From the IMG/VR virus record IMGVR_UViG_3300011115_000934, positions 97,983 to 161,982 of that record: 64,000 nt of DNA; one strand, written 5' to 3'. Both the position numbers and the translations under genes were made by a program. Shown in pieces: positions 38,143 through 48,046 of the stretch (positions within the stretch are counted from its first letter, which is position 1; the number at the start of each line of letters is the position of its first letter). The notes under the pieces were generated by a model. That model ran no database searches, had not been told where the DNA came from, and saw only the letters and a list, made by a program, of their open reading frames with translations. Source of the DNA: a virus (Duplodnaviria > Heunggongvirae > Uroviricota > Caudoviricetes).

Positions 38143-39948
38143 ATGATAGCAGTTATACCAATGCTAGGCATAGGAGAACGTTTTGCAAAAAATGGATACT
38201 CTGAGAGCAAGCCTTTTATACGAGTAAATGCAGAGATCCTTATTACAAAGGTGGTTAGTAATCTGTATGAGCATTTTTCTAAAATAGTAATTATATGCAG
38301 TACTGAAAATGCTGAGCAGGTTAGAGCTCTGTTTGATGAAAGAGTTACGATTGTACAAAGTGCAGCACCTACTAGAGGAGCAGCAGAGACAGTTCTGCTT
38401 TCGTATTTAGAGTTAGGAGAACAAGAGCAAATAGTATGTATGGACTGTGATACAGTACTATCACAAGAAGCTTTGTGTAAATTACCACAAGTAGATAGTA
38501 ATGGTATTTTAAGTTTTCTAGACAAAGACCGTACAGGATTGTATAGCTACCTATCATTAGACAAAAGCAGAAACATATTAGAGATACGAGAGAAGGTTGC
38601 TATAAGCGATGTAGCAAATGCAGGAGTATATGTTTTTAGTAATAAAGAAATAATGAAACTTGCTTGCGAAAATGTACTAGAGCAAACAAACGAATTATAC
38701 CTTAGCAAAGCAATACAAACACTAATAGACCAAAACTACAAAGTAGTATCAGTAGACATCTCAGGAGAGTTTACATGCTACGGAACACCTTACCAATTGC
38801 AGAGTCAAGCTAGAAATGAAAGTAAAGATAAACAATTAACTCTATGTTTTGATATTGATGGAACACTTGTGTACGATCTCTACACCAACCCTACAGCAGT
38901 AACTAAAAATGTATTGTTCTGCAATCAGGCATATAAAAGTGGGTGCAAAATAATACTACACACAGCTAGAGGAATGTTATCAACAAATTCAAATGTTCAA
39001 GAGATAGAGGCAAAACGTCCTCACATAGAGAAAGTTCTTAAGGACTTAGGTATATGTTACCATGAGTTGGTATTAATGAAACCCTACGCAGACATCTATA
39101 TTGACGACAAAGCTGTACCAGCTTATAAGAATTTAGAAAAGGCAACAGGACTATATCTGTCAGAGGAGCATACAGCTAGAGCTCACAACAAGATTATTGT
39201 AAATGGAGATACTATTGAAAAACAAGGAAGCATTGAGGGGGAAGACTACTACTACAGAACACTCCCAAAGGATCTACAGAAGTACTTTCCAACAGTAGTT
39301 AGTACCACACCAGAGAGTATAGTGCTGTCTAGGATTGTAAAGCCTACATACTCGTCTCTATTACTTTCACAAAGACTTTCCAAGACAGACCTAGATATGT
39401 TAGTCGAGTCACTAAACGTAATTCACAACTTCCCTTCAGACAATATTGAAATAGATCTTAACTGGGCCTATGGTTCAAAGATTAAAGAAAGGTTTACTAA
39501 GTTTAGCTCTTTGTATAAAAAGTTAGGAGTAGATACTACTCAGTATGAGCAGTTGTGTGATGTTTGTTTTGATAATAAGTATGGACGCATACATGGAGAT
39601 ACTGTATTCACCAACATCTTTGCAGGAGATGCTAAGTGCAGCTTCATAGATATGAGAGGAGAGTGGGACAATAGGTTGACAGTTGGAGGAGACATATACT
39701 ACGACTTTGCCAAAGTTCTACAAAGCTTAACAGGATACGACTATGCATTACACAATGAACCTATCCAGAATGAATACCTAAAGAGCTTGAGAGAGCATTT
39801 TGTAGGCAAGCTATTGCAGATACATCCAACACTTTCAATAGACCAGTTGCAAAGTAAAGTTAGATTACTTTACATTTCGTTAATACCTTTTCATAGAGAC
39901 GATTTACAGAGGTGTGGTAGATTTATTAAGTTGCTAGACAGTATTTAA
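38143..39948 (+). CDS. tri-domain enzyme: sugar-/alcohol-phosphate nucleotidyltransferase + HAD phosphatase + APH/choline-kinase-fold kinase
   Basis: N-terminal AVIPMLGIGERF...KPF (DdhA/RfbA-like NTase), middle LCFDIDGTLV (HAD motif I), C-terminal IHGDTVFTNIF (Brenner HGDxxxxN kinase motif). Confidence 0.6.
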   Translation: MIAVIPMLGIGERFAKNGYSESKPFIRVNAEILITKVVSNLYEHFSKIVIICSTENAEQVRALFDERVTIVQSAAPTRGAAETVLLSYLELGEQEQIVCMDCDTVLSQEALCKLPQVDSNGILSFLDKDRTGLYSYLSLDKSRNILEIREKVAISDVANAGVYVFSNKEIMKLACENVLEQTNELYLSKAIQTLIDQNYKVVSVDISGEFTCYGTPYQLQSQARNESKDKQLTLCFDIDGTLVYDLYTNPTAVTKNVLFCNQAYKSGCKIILHTARGMLSTNSNVQEIEAKRPHIEKVLKDLGICYHELVLMKPYADIYIDDKAVPAYKNLEKATGLYLSEEHTARAHNKIIVNGDTIEKQGSIEGEDYYYRTLPKDLQKYFPTVVSTTPESIVLSRIVKPTYSSLLLSQRLSKTDLDMLVESLNVIHNFPSDNIEIDLNWAYGSKIKERFTKFSSLYKKLGVDTTQYEQLCDVCFDNKYGRIHGDTVFTNIFAGDAKCSFIDMRGEWDNRLTVGGDIYYDFAKVLQSLTGYDYALHNEPIQNEYLKSLREHFVGKLLQIHPTLSIDQLQSKVRLLYISLIPFHRDDLQRCGRFIKLLDSI

Positions 39949-40011
39949 TTTTGGATATTGTAGTGGTAGTTAAAGTAGTATTAAGTGTAAAATTATAATT
40001 TAAAATAGAAA

Positions 40012-40968
40012 ATGACAAAAGTAGTTTACATAACAGGTTGTTTAGGATTTATAGGATCTTACGTAACAAGAGCATGCCTCGAGAAAGGATGGTATGTTAA
40101 AGGAGTTGATAAGAAGACCTATGCAGCCAATAAAGATTTATTAAAAGAGTTTAAGGAGTATGAAAACTTTTCATTTGTAGATTGTGACATAAATGATTTA
40201 AAGTTTCTATACGACTGTGACTATATAATTAATACAGCAGCCGAGACGCACGTAGGCAACTCTATAATGAACTCAGACGTATTTGTACATTCAAACGTAA
40301 ATGGAGTTCATAACTTACTAGAGTTAATAAAAAACCATAGAGGAGAGAATGCAACCAAGCCTACACTACTTCACTTTAGTACAGATGAAGTATATGGAGA
40401 TATTGAGGAAGGAGAGCATATAGAAACTGATATACTTAAACCATCTAACCCATACTCAGCTACTAAAGCAGCAGCAGATATGTTAGTAACAGCTTGGGCA
40501 AGAACTTACAAGCTTCCCTATATTATAATAAGACCAACAAACAATTATGGAATAGGACAGTATGTAGAAAAACTAATACCTAAAGCCTGCAAGTACCTAA
40601 GACTTGGTAAAAAGATTCCTTTACACAATAATGGTACTCCAATCAGAAACTGGCTCCATGCTCAAGATACGGCTGAGGCTGTCATCACAATCATCGAATC
40701 AGGAGTACAGAATGAAATCTATAATATTTGTGGAGGATTTGAGCAAAATAATTTGGATACTATCAAAAAAGTTCTTATATTATATAATGAAAACAAAGAG
40801 CATGTGTTAGAGGATTTTGTAGACTTTTCATGTGACAGACAAGGACAGGATGTTAGGTATGCTTTGAATGATGATAAACTAAGAGCATTAGGATGGAAGC
40901 CTACAATCGACTTTGACTCAGAACTAAAACATGTTGTAAAGTATTATAGAGAAAAATTTATATGGTAA
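40012..40968 (+). CDS. NDP-hexose 4,6-dehydratase/epimerase (extended SDR)
   Basis: GCLGFIGS Rossmann motif, YSATK (YxxxK). Confidence 0.7.
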   Translation: MTKVVYITGCLGFIGSYVTRACLEKGWYVKGVDKKTYAANKDLLKEFKEYENFSFVDCDINDLKFLYDCDYIINTAAETHVGNSIMNSDVFVHSNVNGVHNLLELIKNHRGENATKPTLLHFSTDEVYGDIEEGEHIETDILKPSNPYSATKAAADMLVTAWARTYKLPYIIIRPTNNYGIGQYVEKLIPKACKYLRLGKKIPLHNNGTPIRNWLHAQDTAEAVITIIESGVQNEIYNICGGFEQNNLDTIKKVLILYNENKEHVLEDFVDFSCDRQGQDVRYALNDDKLRALGWKPTIDFDSELKHVVKYYREKFIW

Positions 40969-42716
40969 AAGTAAGTGATGTAATCGTTCAATACCTTAAG
41001 GCTAATAACATAGAAATTGTATTTGGGATAATTGGTTCAGCCAACTCTCACATATTCAATTCAATATTAGAAGAAGGGAGTATCAAATTGGTATCGGTAC
41101 ATCACGAACAAGCTGCTGTAATGGCTATGGGAGCTTACTATCGTTCAACTGGAAAGATGGCTGTTGCATTAGTAACAGCAGGAGGAGGAGCCTCAAATGC
41201 TTCAACAGGAATTCTTTCCAACTGGGCTGACTCTATTCCTGGAATTATTATCTCAGGACAGGAACAGTCGTATTACCTAGATGAGTACAGAGATATGAGA
41301 ATGTTCGGAGTACAAGGCTATGATGCAGTAAAGGCATATGAAAACTGTACTAAGATGTCGCATGTAATTACAGAAGATACTCTACATACAATAATGCCAT
41401 TCGCATTTGCTTTAACACAAGAAGGAAGACCAGGTCCAGTATTCTTAGAAGTACCCTTCGACGTTCAGAGTAAGATGGTAGAAGATAGAGGAGTACAGAT
41501 TGGAACAACCACCTTTACAAATCCTCACATATCCTCTAGTACCGATTACATACTAGCAGCACTAGCACAAGCAAAGCGACCAGTAGTGTTAGGAGGTCAC
41601 GGTGTTAAGCTGGCCAAAGCAGAAGGAGCTTTCAAACAATTTGTAGAAGAGTACAATGTACCAACAGTATTAAGTTGGTCAGCAGTGGACTTGCTTGATG
41701 ATAACAATCTAAACTATTTTGGAAGACCAGGAGTTCAAGGACAGAGAGCAGCTAACTTTATAGTACAGAACTCTGATTTACTAATTGTATTAGGAAGCAG
41801 ACTATCACTACTACAAACAGGATACAAGAGAGAGGACTTTGCTCCAAATGCTAATATTATTCATGTTGACATAGATGATGCAGAGATTAGAAAGTTTAAA
41901 GGAAAGAATATTGTAGCAGATGCTGGAGATATCCTTAGTAGCTTGAACTCTAAAGTAAGAGTTGAACTTGATATAGAGGAATGGATCACATACTGTAATC
42001 AAATCAAACAAAAGTATCCTTTGGTAATGCCTGAGCATTTAGCAGATCCTACTAATTCATATACATTTATTGATAAATTCTCACAAAAAGTACCAGATAA
42101 CTATACAATTGTTACTGATATGGGAACAGCATTGTTGAGTGGATTCTATGGATGGAGAATTAAACCTAACCAAAAAATGTTTACTTCTCTAGGATTAGGA
42201 GAGATGGGATACGGATTAGCAGCAGCAGTCGGAGCAGGGTTTGGACAAAGACCAGTGATGTGTTTAAACTGTGATGGAGGTATGATGATGAACCTACAAG
42301 AGTTGCAAACAATCAAGACACACAACCTTCCAGTAAAGATTATTATATTCAACAATGACGGATACCTAATGATCAAACATACCCAGAATATGTTATTCAA
42401 AGGAGCTCGTACTTGTGTAGATCAACAATCAGGAGTAACATTACCTGACTATAGAAAAGTAGCACACGCATTTGATTTTGAATACTTCACAGAGGATAGG
42501 GTAGATGACTTCCTAGCATTTGAAGGCCAGGCTATCATGGAAGTGTTTATGAACCCAGATCAAGAATTTATTCCTAAAGTAAGAGGAATGAAATTAGAAG
42601 ACAATACAATTCAAGCAGGACTGCTAGAAGAAATGTCACCACTACTACCATTAGAACAAATAGAACAAGCTATGGTTGCAGGTATTAATCAAAGAAGTAA
42701 AACAGTTGTAAGATGA
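40962..42716 (+). CDS. thiamine-diphosphate-dependent carboligase (acetolactate-synthase large-subunit/YerE-like)
   Basis: Three-domain ALS layout, GGGASNASTGI and TPP-binding GLGEMGYGLAAAVGAG...NNDGY. Confidence 0.8.
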   Translation: MVKVSDVIVQYLKANNIEIVFGIIGSANSHIFNSILEEGSIKLVSVHHEQAAVMAMGAYYRSTGKMAVALVTAGGGASNASTGILSNWADSIPGIIISGQEQSYYLDEYRDMRMFGVQGYDAVKAYENCTKMSHVITEDTLHTIMPFAFALTQEGRPGPVFLEVPFDVQSKMVEDRGVQIGTTTFTNPHISSSTDYILAALAQAKRPVVLGGHGVKLAKAEGAFKQFVEEYNVPTVLSWSAVDLLDDNNLNYFGRPGVQGQRAANFIVQNSDLLIVLGSRLSLLQTGYKREDFAPNANIIHVDIDDAEIRKFKGKNIVADAGDILSSLNSKVRVELDIEEWITYCNQIKQKYPLVMPEHLADPTNSYTFIDKFSQKVPDNYTIVTDMGTALLSGFYGWRIKPNQKMFTSLGLGEMGYGLAAAVGAGFGQRPVMCLNCDGGMMMNLQELQTIKTHNLPVKIIIFNNDGYLMIKHTQNMLFKGARTCVDQQSGVTLPDYRKVAHAFDFEYFTEDRVDDFLAFEGQAIMEVFMNPDQEFIPKVRGMKLEDNTIQAGLLEEMSPLLPLEQIEQAMVAGINQRSKTVVR

Positions 42717-43570
42717 AAATAAAAGTAGCAATTATTGGTACAGGTAATATCGGAACAGATCTATTACTGAAAGCCCTAAAGACAGACTTCATGGATGTAG
42801 TAGCATTTGTAGGTCGTAGGTTAGATTCGGATGGAATGCTAACAGCTAAGAAACATAGCATATTAATATCTGATCAAGGTATTCAATACTTTATTGATAA
42901 TCCAAATTGTTGTGATGTGGTATACGATTGCACATCAGCAGCAGATGCTATTGAGCATGCTAAGTTATTTAAACAACAAGGAATAAAAGTAATTGACTTA
43001 ACTCCAGCCAAGGTAGGAGATATGTGTGTACCGGATGTTAACTCTGAGATTATCTTAACAGATGGTAATGTTAATATGATTACTTGTGGAGGACAAGCTT
43101 CCATGCCAATGTTACACTTATTATCAAAAGAGTGTACAGGATTAGAATATATTGAAGTAGTCTCTCAAATTGCATCTAAGAGTGCAGGAATGGCTACAAG
43201 GATAAATGTAGACAACTATATCCAAACAACACAGAAGGCTATTGCAAAGTTTACAGGTTGTTCAAATAATAAAGTAATCTTAAATCTTAATCCTGCTGAG
43301 CCTTGTGTTGATATGCAAACAACAATCTTCATCAAAGCAAAGAAAGTTAATTTTGAAAACTTAACAGAGAAGGTTTTAGATAAGATTGAAGAGTTAAGAA
43401 CTTACATCCCTTACTACGAAATGGTTCTTCCTCCAACTATGAACGACAGTGGAGTAGTTGTAATGAGTATCAAAGTAAGAGGTACAGGAGATTACCTTCC
43501 AGCATATGCAGGTAACCTAGATATTATTAACTGTGCAGCAATTAAAGTAACAGAAAGATTAGTAAAATGA
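42713..43570 (+). CDS. acetaldehyde dehydrogenase (acylating), DmpF/MhpF-like
   Basis: N-terminal MKIKVAIIGTGNIGTDLL and catalytic-Cys loop ITCGGQASMP as in DmpF; ATGA overlap with the upstream TPP-enzyme gene. Confidence 0.7.
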   Translation: MKIKVAIIGTGNIGTDLLLKALKTDFMDVVAFVGRRLDSDGMLTAKKHSILISDQGIQYFIDNPNCCDVVYDCTSAADAIEHAKLFKQQGIKVIDLTPAKVGDMCVPDVNSEIILTDGNVNMITCGGQASMPMLHLLSKECTGLEYIEVVSQIASKSAGMATRINVDNYIQTTQKAIAKFTGCSNNKVILNLNPAEPCVDMQTTIFIKAKKVNFENLTEKVLDKIEELRTYIPYYEMVLPPTMNDSGVVVMSIKVRGTGDYLPAYAGNLDIINCAAIKVTERLVK

Positions 43571-44565
43571 GAAAAGTAATCATAACAGATTCAAGTCTTA
43601 GAGATGGAAATCATAGCGTTAAGCATACTATCAGTTTAGATAGTATAGCAAGGTATTGTCAATTTGCTGATAAGGCAGGAGTACCAATTGTAGAGGTAGG
43701 TCATGGAAATGGATTAGCAGCTTCTTCTCTACTTGTAGGTAAGTCTGTTAACACAGATGAGGAAATGCTAATAACTGCTAAAAACAATTTGAAGAATTCC
43801 AAACTAGGAATTCACATGATACCAGGACTAGCAACACTGGAACATACTAGAAAGGCTATTGACCTAGGAGTAGATGTAGTAAGAGTAGCAACACATTGTA
43901 CTGAAGCAACTTTGTCTAAGTCTCACATCGAAGCATTAGCAAAAGCAGATGTGGAAGTGTTCGGAGTGCTAATGATGAGTGCCTTGATCACTCCTCAGGA
44001 ATTACTAGAGCAAACTAAAATAATGGAAGGGTACGGAGCTAGGGCTATTATTATAATGGACTCTACAGGAACATACCTACCATTTGATGTACAACAAAGA
44101 ATCTCTTTACTAAAAAGCAACCTAAGCATACCAGTAGGATTTCATGCTCACAACAACTTAGGATGTGCAGTAGCAAATTCCTTAATAGCAGTAGAGTTTG
44201 GAGCAGATTATATTGACGGATGTATTAGAGGTTTTGGAGCTGGAGCAGGTAACGCTCCACTAGAACTTCTTATACCAGTACTAGAACAAAGCGGCTTCCA
44301 AGTAGGAATAAACTTTCAAGAGACAATCAAAGAAGCAGATAATGCAATGGACTACTTGGTTCCTTCAGCACCTATCACAACACCAATTAACATATTAACA
44401 GGACTTAAAAAACTATTCTCAGGATTTGAAAAGCCAATTGTAAGTGCTTCTAAACTATACGGAATAGAGTACTCATCTCTTATCTTTGAATTAGGAAATA
44501 GAAAGTTAGTAGCCGGGCAAGAAGATCTTATATTGGAAATAGCACAGAAGCTAAAAAAGAAATAG
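43567..44565 (+). CDS. 4-hydroxy-2-oxovalerate aldolase-like (DmpG/MhpE, DRE-TIM metallolyase)
   Basis: ITDSSLRDGNHSVKH metal-site signature; ATGA overlap with the dmpF-like gene. Confidence 0.7.
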   Translation: MRKVIITDSSLRDGNHSVKHTISLDSIARYCQFADKAGVPIVEVGHGNGLAASSLLVGKSVNTDEEMLITAKNNLKNSKLGIHMIPGLATLEHTRKAIDLGVDVVRVATHCTEATLSKSHIEALAKADVEVFGVLMMSALITPQELLEQTKIMEGYGARAIIIMDSTGTYLPFDVQQRISLLKSNLSIPVGFHAHNNLGCAVANSLIAVEFGADYIDGCIRGFGAGAGNAPLELLIPVLEQSGFQVGINFQETIKEADNAMDYLVPSAPITTPINILTGLKKLFSGFEKPIVSASKLYGIEYSSLIFELGNRKLVAGQEDLILEIAQKLKKK

Positions 44566-45477
44566 ATGAACGTAATCATTACAGGAGGTAATGGATTTTT
44601 AGGATCTAACATTGCTAGAAGGCTTTTAAAACAAAATCATAAGGTTTATATATTTTCAAACAATATAAATAACATAGAGGATATACTACCTGAGGTTATA
44701 TTTGACTATAGTGACACTAAGTCTTTGCCTGCCTTTGAAAAAAAGATAGAGACATTCTCACCAGACATAGTAATCCATTGTGGATGGAGTGGAGGAAATA
44801 GCTATGCAGATACAAACAGCGTAGATCAATTCTACGAAAATGTAGATCCGAGCATATCCCTACTACAGCTTTTAGGTAAACTTAACAAGAAGCCTAAATT
44901 TGTAGGCTTTGGAAGCTTTGCAGAATATGGAAACATTAGTACGCCAGTAAGTGAAGAAGTGCAGGAAATACCTACAAACTTATATGGACTCTCTAAATAC
45001 ACTTTTAAAAAGTATAGTGAGATGTTATGTAGCCGTTACGAAATGGAATGGGTATGGATAAGACCTTGCTACGTATACGGACCAGGAGATGTAAGCACAA
45101 GACTACTTCCTAGTATAGTAGCAAAATTTTTAAGTAATGAAACAGTAGTACTTGATGAGTGTACCTCCATTGCAGATTATATTTACATAGATGATTTTGT
45201 TAATTCAATTTATTTCCTTATATTAACAGAACACACAGGGGTATACAACATATGCTCAGGAAAGCAGTACAAGATAAGAGATATAGTTGAGCAAGTTCAC
45301 AAACAAGTAGGAAGCAGTAGCACTATTAAGTTTGATAGTACTTTAGCAAGATCCTCAACATATTCGTACATATGTGGAAGTAGGAGTAAGTTAGACAATG
45401 CTATAGGAAATCTAGAACAAATATCTTTAACTGAAGGATTAGAAAAAGTAATAATTAGTAATAAATTAAGTAAATGA
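44566..45477 (+). CDS. NAD(P)-dependent epimerase/reductase (SDR)
   Basis: TGGNGFLGS, YGLSKY (YxxxK). Confidence 0.7.
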   Translation: MNVIITGGNGFLGSNIARRLLKQNHKVYIFSNNINNIEDILPEVIFDYSDTKSLPAFEKKIETFSPDIVIHCGWSGGNSYADTNSVDQFYENVDPSISLLQLLGKLNKKPKFVGFGSFAEYGNISTPVSEEVQEIPTNLYGLSKYTFKKYSEMLCSRYEMEWVWIRPCYVYGPGDVSTRLLPSIVAKFLSNETVVLDECTSIADYIYIDDFVNSIYFLILTEHTGVYNICSGKQYKIRDIVEQVHKQVGSSSTIKFDSTLARSSTYSYICGSRSKLDNAIGNLEQISLTEGLEKVIISNKLSK

Positions 45478-46112
45478 AAAACGAAGTTGTAGAAAAAGAA
45501 GGAGGCTGGATTTGGCCTAAGAGTGACGAGAATAGTTGGGAAGGTCAGAACGAGCACAGTAGCCTTGCTAAATATGTACTCCCTTATGTAAAAAATAATA
45601 GAGTAATGATTCAAGCAGGAGGTAACTGTGGATTTATATTAAGTACCTTTGTTGAACACTTTGATAATGTATACACATTTGAACCAGACCCTATAAACTT
45701 TTACTGCTTAAATCAAAATGTTACTTCACCTAACGTTATTAAAATGCAATGCTGCCTAGGGAAGGAAAACTCACCAGTAAAAGTACAACAATTAGACAGA
45801 CCAGGAAGACTAAGAGATACAGGTGGAGTGCACGTAGAAGGGTCAGGAGTAACTCCTACCATTATTATCGACAACTTGAATTTACAAGCATGTGACTTAA
45901 TCCAATTAGATGTGGAAGGCTACGAACTTAATGCATTACTTGGAGCAGTGGAGACTATTAAGAAGTACAAACCAGTACTGTGTATAGAATTTTGTGAAAA
46001 ATGGCTAAACAGATACGAAACTACATCAAGTAGCATTGAAGCTCTTTTAGCTGAATTAAACTACAAGCATGTGGAATCGTACGGAGTAGATAGGATTTTT
46101 ATACCACAATAG
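45474..46112 (+). CDS. FkbM-family methyltransferase
   Basis: IQAGGNCGF SAM-binding motif, family-typical length. Confidence 0.55.
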   Translation: MKNEVVEKEGGWIWPKSDENSWEGQNEHSSLAKYVLPYVKNNRVMIQAGGNCGFILSTFVEHFDNVYTFEPDPINFYCLNQNVTSPNVIKMQCCLGKENSPVKVQQLDRPGRLRDTGGVHVEGSGVTPTIIIDNLNLQACDLIQLDVEGYELNALLGAVETIKKYKPVLCIEFCEKWLNRYETTSSSIEALLAELNYKHVESYGVDRIFIPQ

Positions 46113-46130
46113 TATATAGACTAAACAAAG

Positions 46131-47402
46131 ATGAAGCATCCAATTAGCTTTTGTATTAATACAGCAGTAAATGAATTAGACTACCTAAAACTACTACTAA
46201 AGTCACTAAAGGAGAACCTAAAGCACGACTACCATGAGGTAGTTGTGTTTATAGATTCGGATAATCAAGATACCTTCGAATGGCTACTTACTCAAAAATC
46301 AGAATTTAAAGATTTAAAAATACTTCGAAACATACTACCAGTATGCTATAGTCCGGTTAGGAATATAAATGAAATGTTTAAGTTTGCTTCTCATGAAATA
46401 GTTTCTTATATACAATCTGATATGGTTATTTGTAAGGACTATGACAAGTACTTACTAAAGCATATCAAGCCTAATATGATTCTGTCTAGTACTAGGATCG
46501 AACCACCATTGCATGGGCCTGGTTCCGAGAAGCACACTATGGACTTTGGGCTAAATCCTTCTGAGTTTCGCTATGATGAGTTTTTAAAGTATTGTGATGC
46601 AGTTAGAGAAGATAAGGTAACAAGTTACTACTTTGCACCATTCACCTTATATAAAGAGGTTTGGAATAAGATAGGAGGACAGGACACAACTTTTAGACGT
46701 TCAAGAGATGACTCGGATATCCTAAACAGATTTACACTCTCAGGAGTAGATATTGCTCAGACATGGGAAGCACTAGTATACCACTTTACTTGCACTTCAA
46801 GTAGAGGACAAGGTTGGTATGAAGCAGGTAATGCTAAGGCACAGGAGAAGGTACGGCTTCAAGCAAAAGCAGATGAAGTAGAATTAACCCGAATATTCAG
46901 GAAATGGGGAGAATTTAGTCATGGACATCCTGCACAATACTATTACAACATATCATCTAATATTAATATAGATGTTGAAGATGCAAATCTATATTCCAAT
47001 GTTGAGATGTTCTTTAGTAGGAATTACATAAATTCTCATAAGATGTATAACGCATTCATCAATCAGGACGAGCACGAGTACGCCAACATTCTGTATAACT
47101 ACTCAGATGAGCAGTGGAAAGAGTATAGCTATATGTGTAATCTACAAAAACTAGAAGATAGAGTTTGTGTAGGAGAACCACAAGGAGATATATTAGTTTC
47201 CTTCAACCTTAGCAGCATTACTCAAAATACATTTGATAATGTTCTAAGCAAACTACAACACATAGTGCATGAGGTAGAACCAGGAGAGTATGAGTTTGAA
47301 GGATTTACTTTTTCCATAAAAAATAAACGAAACATAATACAAGACAAACTAAAAGTAATCAACCCAGAAATAAAACCAGAACATTTGTACGAGGTGTATT
47401 AG
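46131..47402 (+). CDS. GT-A glycosyltransferase (family 2-like) with C-terminal extension
   Basis: ISFCINTAVNE...VVVFIDSDNQD. Confidence 0.5.
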   Translation: MKHPISFCINTAVNELDYLKLLLKSLKENLKHDYHEVVVFIDSDNQDTFEWLLTQKSEFKDLKILRNILPVCYSPVRNINEMFKFASHEIVSYIQSDMVICKDYDKYLLKHIKPNMILSSTRIEPPLHGPGSEKHTMDFGLNPSEFRYDEFLKYCDAVREDKVTSYYFAPFTLYKEVWNKIGGQDTTFRRSRDDSDILNRFTLSGVDIAQTWEALVYHFTCTSSRGQGWYEAGNAKAQEKVRLQAKADEVELTRIFRKWGEFSHGHPAQYYYNISSNINIDVEDANLYSNVEMFFSRNYINSHKMYNAFINQDEHEYANILYNYSDEQWKEYSYMCNLQKLEDRVCVGEPQGDILVSFNLSSITQNTFDNVLSKLQHIVHEVEPGEYEFEGFTFSIKNKRNIIQDKLKVINPEIKPEHLYEVY

Positions 47403-47429
47403 AACATAAACTATTTATAATAAAAACAT

Positions 47430-47786
47430 ATGAGCTTAATCAACGAAATAAAAGAGATGCTATCTGAAGTTACAAAAGTAAACTTCAAGGGAAACAAATT
47501 CGTACTAAAGATAGATGTAAACGAAGATCCAAATAAAAAAGGAATCAAGATACAATTCCTTCCAACTACATTTGCAGGAATGTCTAAACAACAGCAAGAT
47601 GATATTGCTATGGACTTAGCTGCTAAGTTGAATCAAGGACTAGCACCTTTAGGATTGACAGTTGAAAGAGATAGAGAATTGAAGGATAAGACAATTGTAG
47701 GATTTTTTATCTATATTGAATATCTTGATAAGATTATCATCAATGCTTTGAACCAAGCATCAAAGGAACCAGACACTAACAACTAA
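47430..47786 (+). CDS. hypothetical protein
   Basis: 118-aa ORF. Confidence 0.5.
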   Translation: MSLINEIKEMLSEVTKVNFKGNKFVLKIDVNEDPNKKGIKIQFLPTTFAGMSKQQQDDIAMDLAAKLNQGLAPLGLTVERDRELKDKTIVGFFIYIEYLDKIIINALNQASKEPDTNN

Positions 47787-47796
47787 ATAATACAAT

Positions 47797-48009
47797 ATGG
47801 CACAGTTTTGTTTTTATTCAAAGAATAACCCTACACAAGAACCAGTAGGAGTAATACATGCAACAAGTAGAGAAGAAGCAGTAAAATTCTTCTCACTATC
47901 AAAACAATTATCAATACCTGATTTTCTAACAATTTTTGAAGTTAAAAGCTACACATATGGTGCACAAGAAGGAATTACGGAAAGCAATAAACAACTACTT
48001 AAAGGGTAG
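47797..48009 (+). CDS. hypothetical protein
   Basis: 70-aa ORF. Confidence 0.45.
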   Translation: MAQFCFYSKNNPTQEPVGVIHATSREEAVKFFSLSKQLSIPDFLTIFEVKSYTYGAQEGITESNKQLLKG

Positions 48010-48046
48010 TGTTAGAATAAGAGAAAGAGACGTGGCTAGAGATATA

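Noticed and set aside
42713-44565. Host-derived aromatic-catabolism fragment captured by assembly error
   Set aside because: Codon usage and GC are the same as in the surrounding phage genes, the genes are ATGA-coupled to the upstream TPP-enzyme gene and followed without gap by the SDR gene, and the promoter and terminator grammar is unchanged across the region; contamination cannot be fully excluded without read data.
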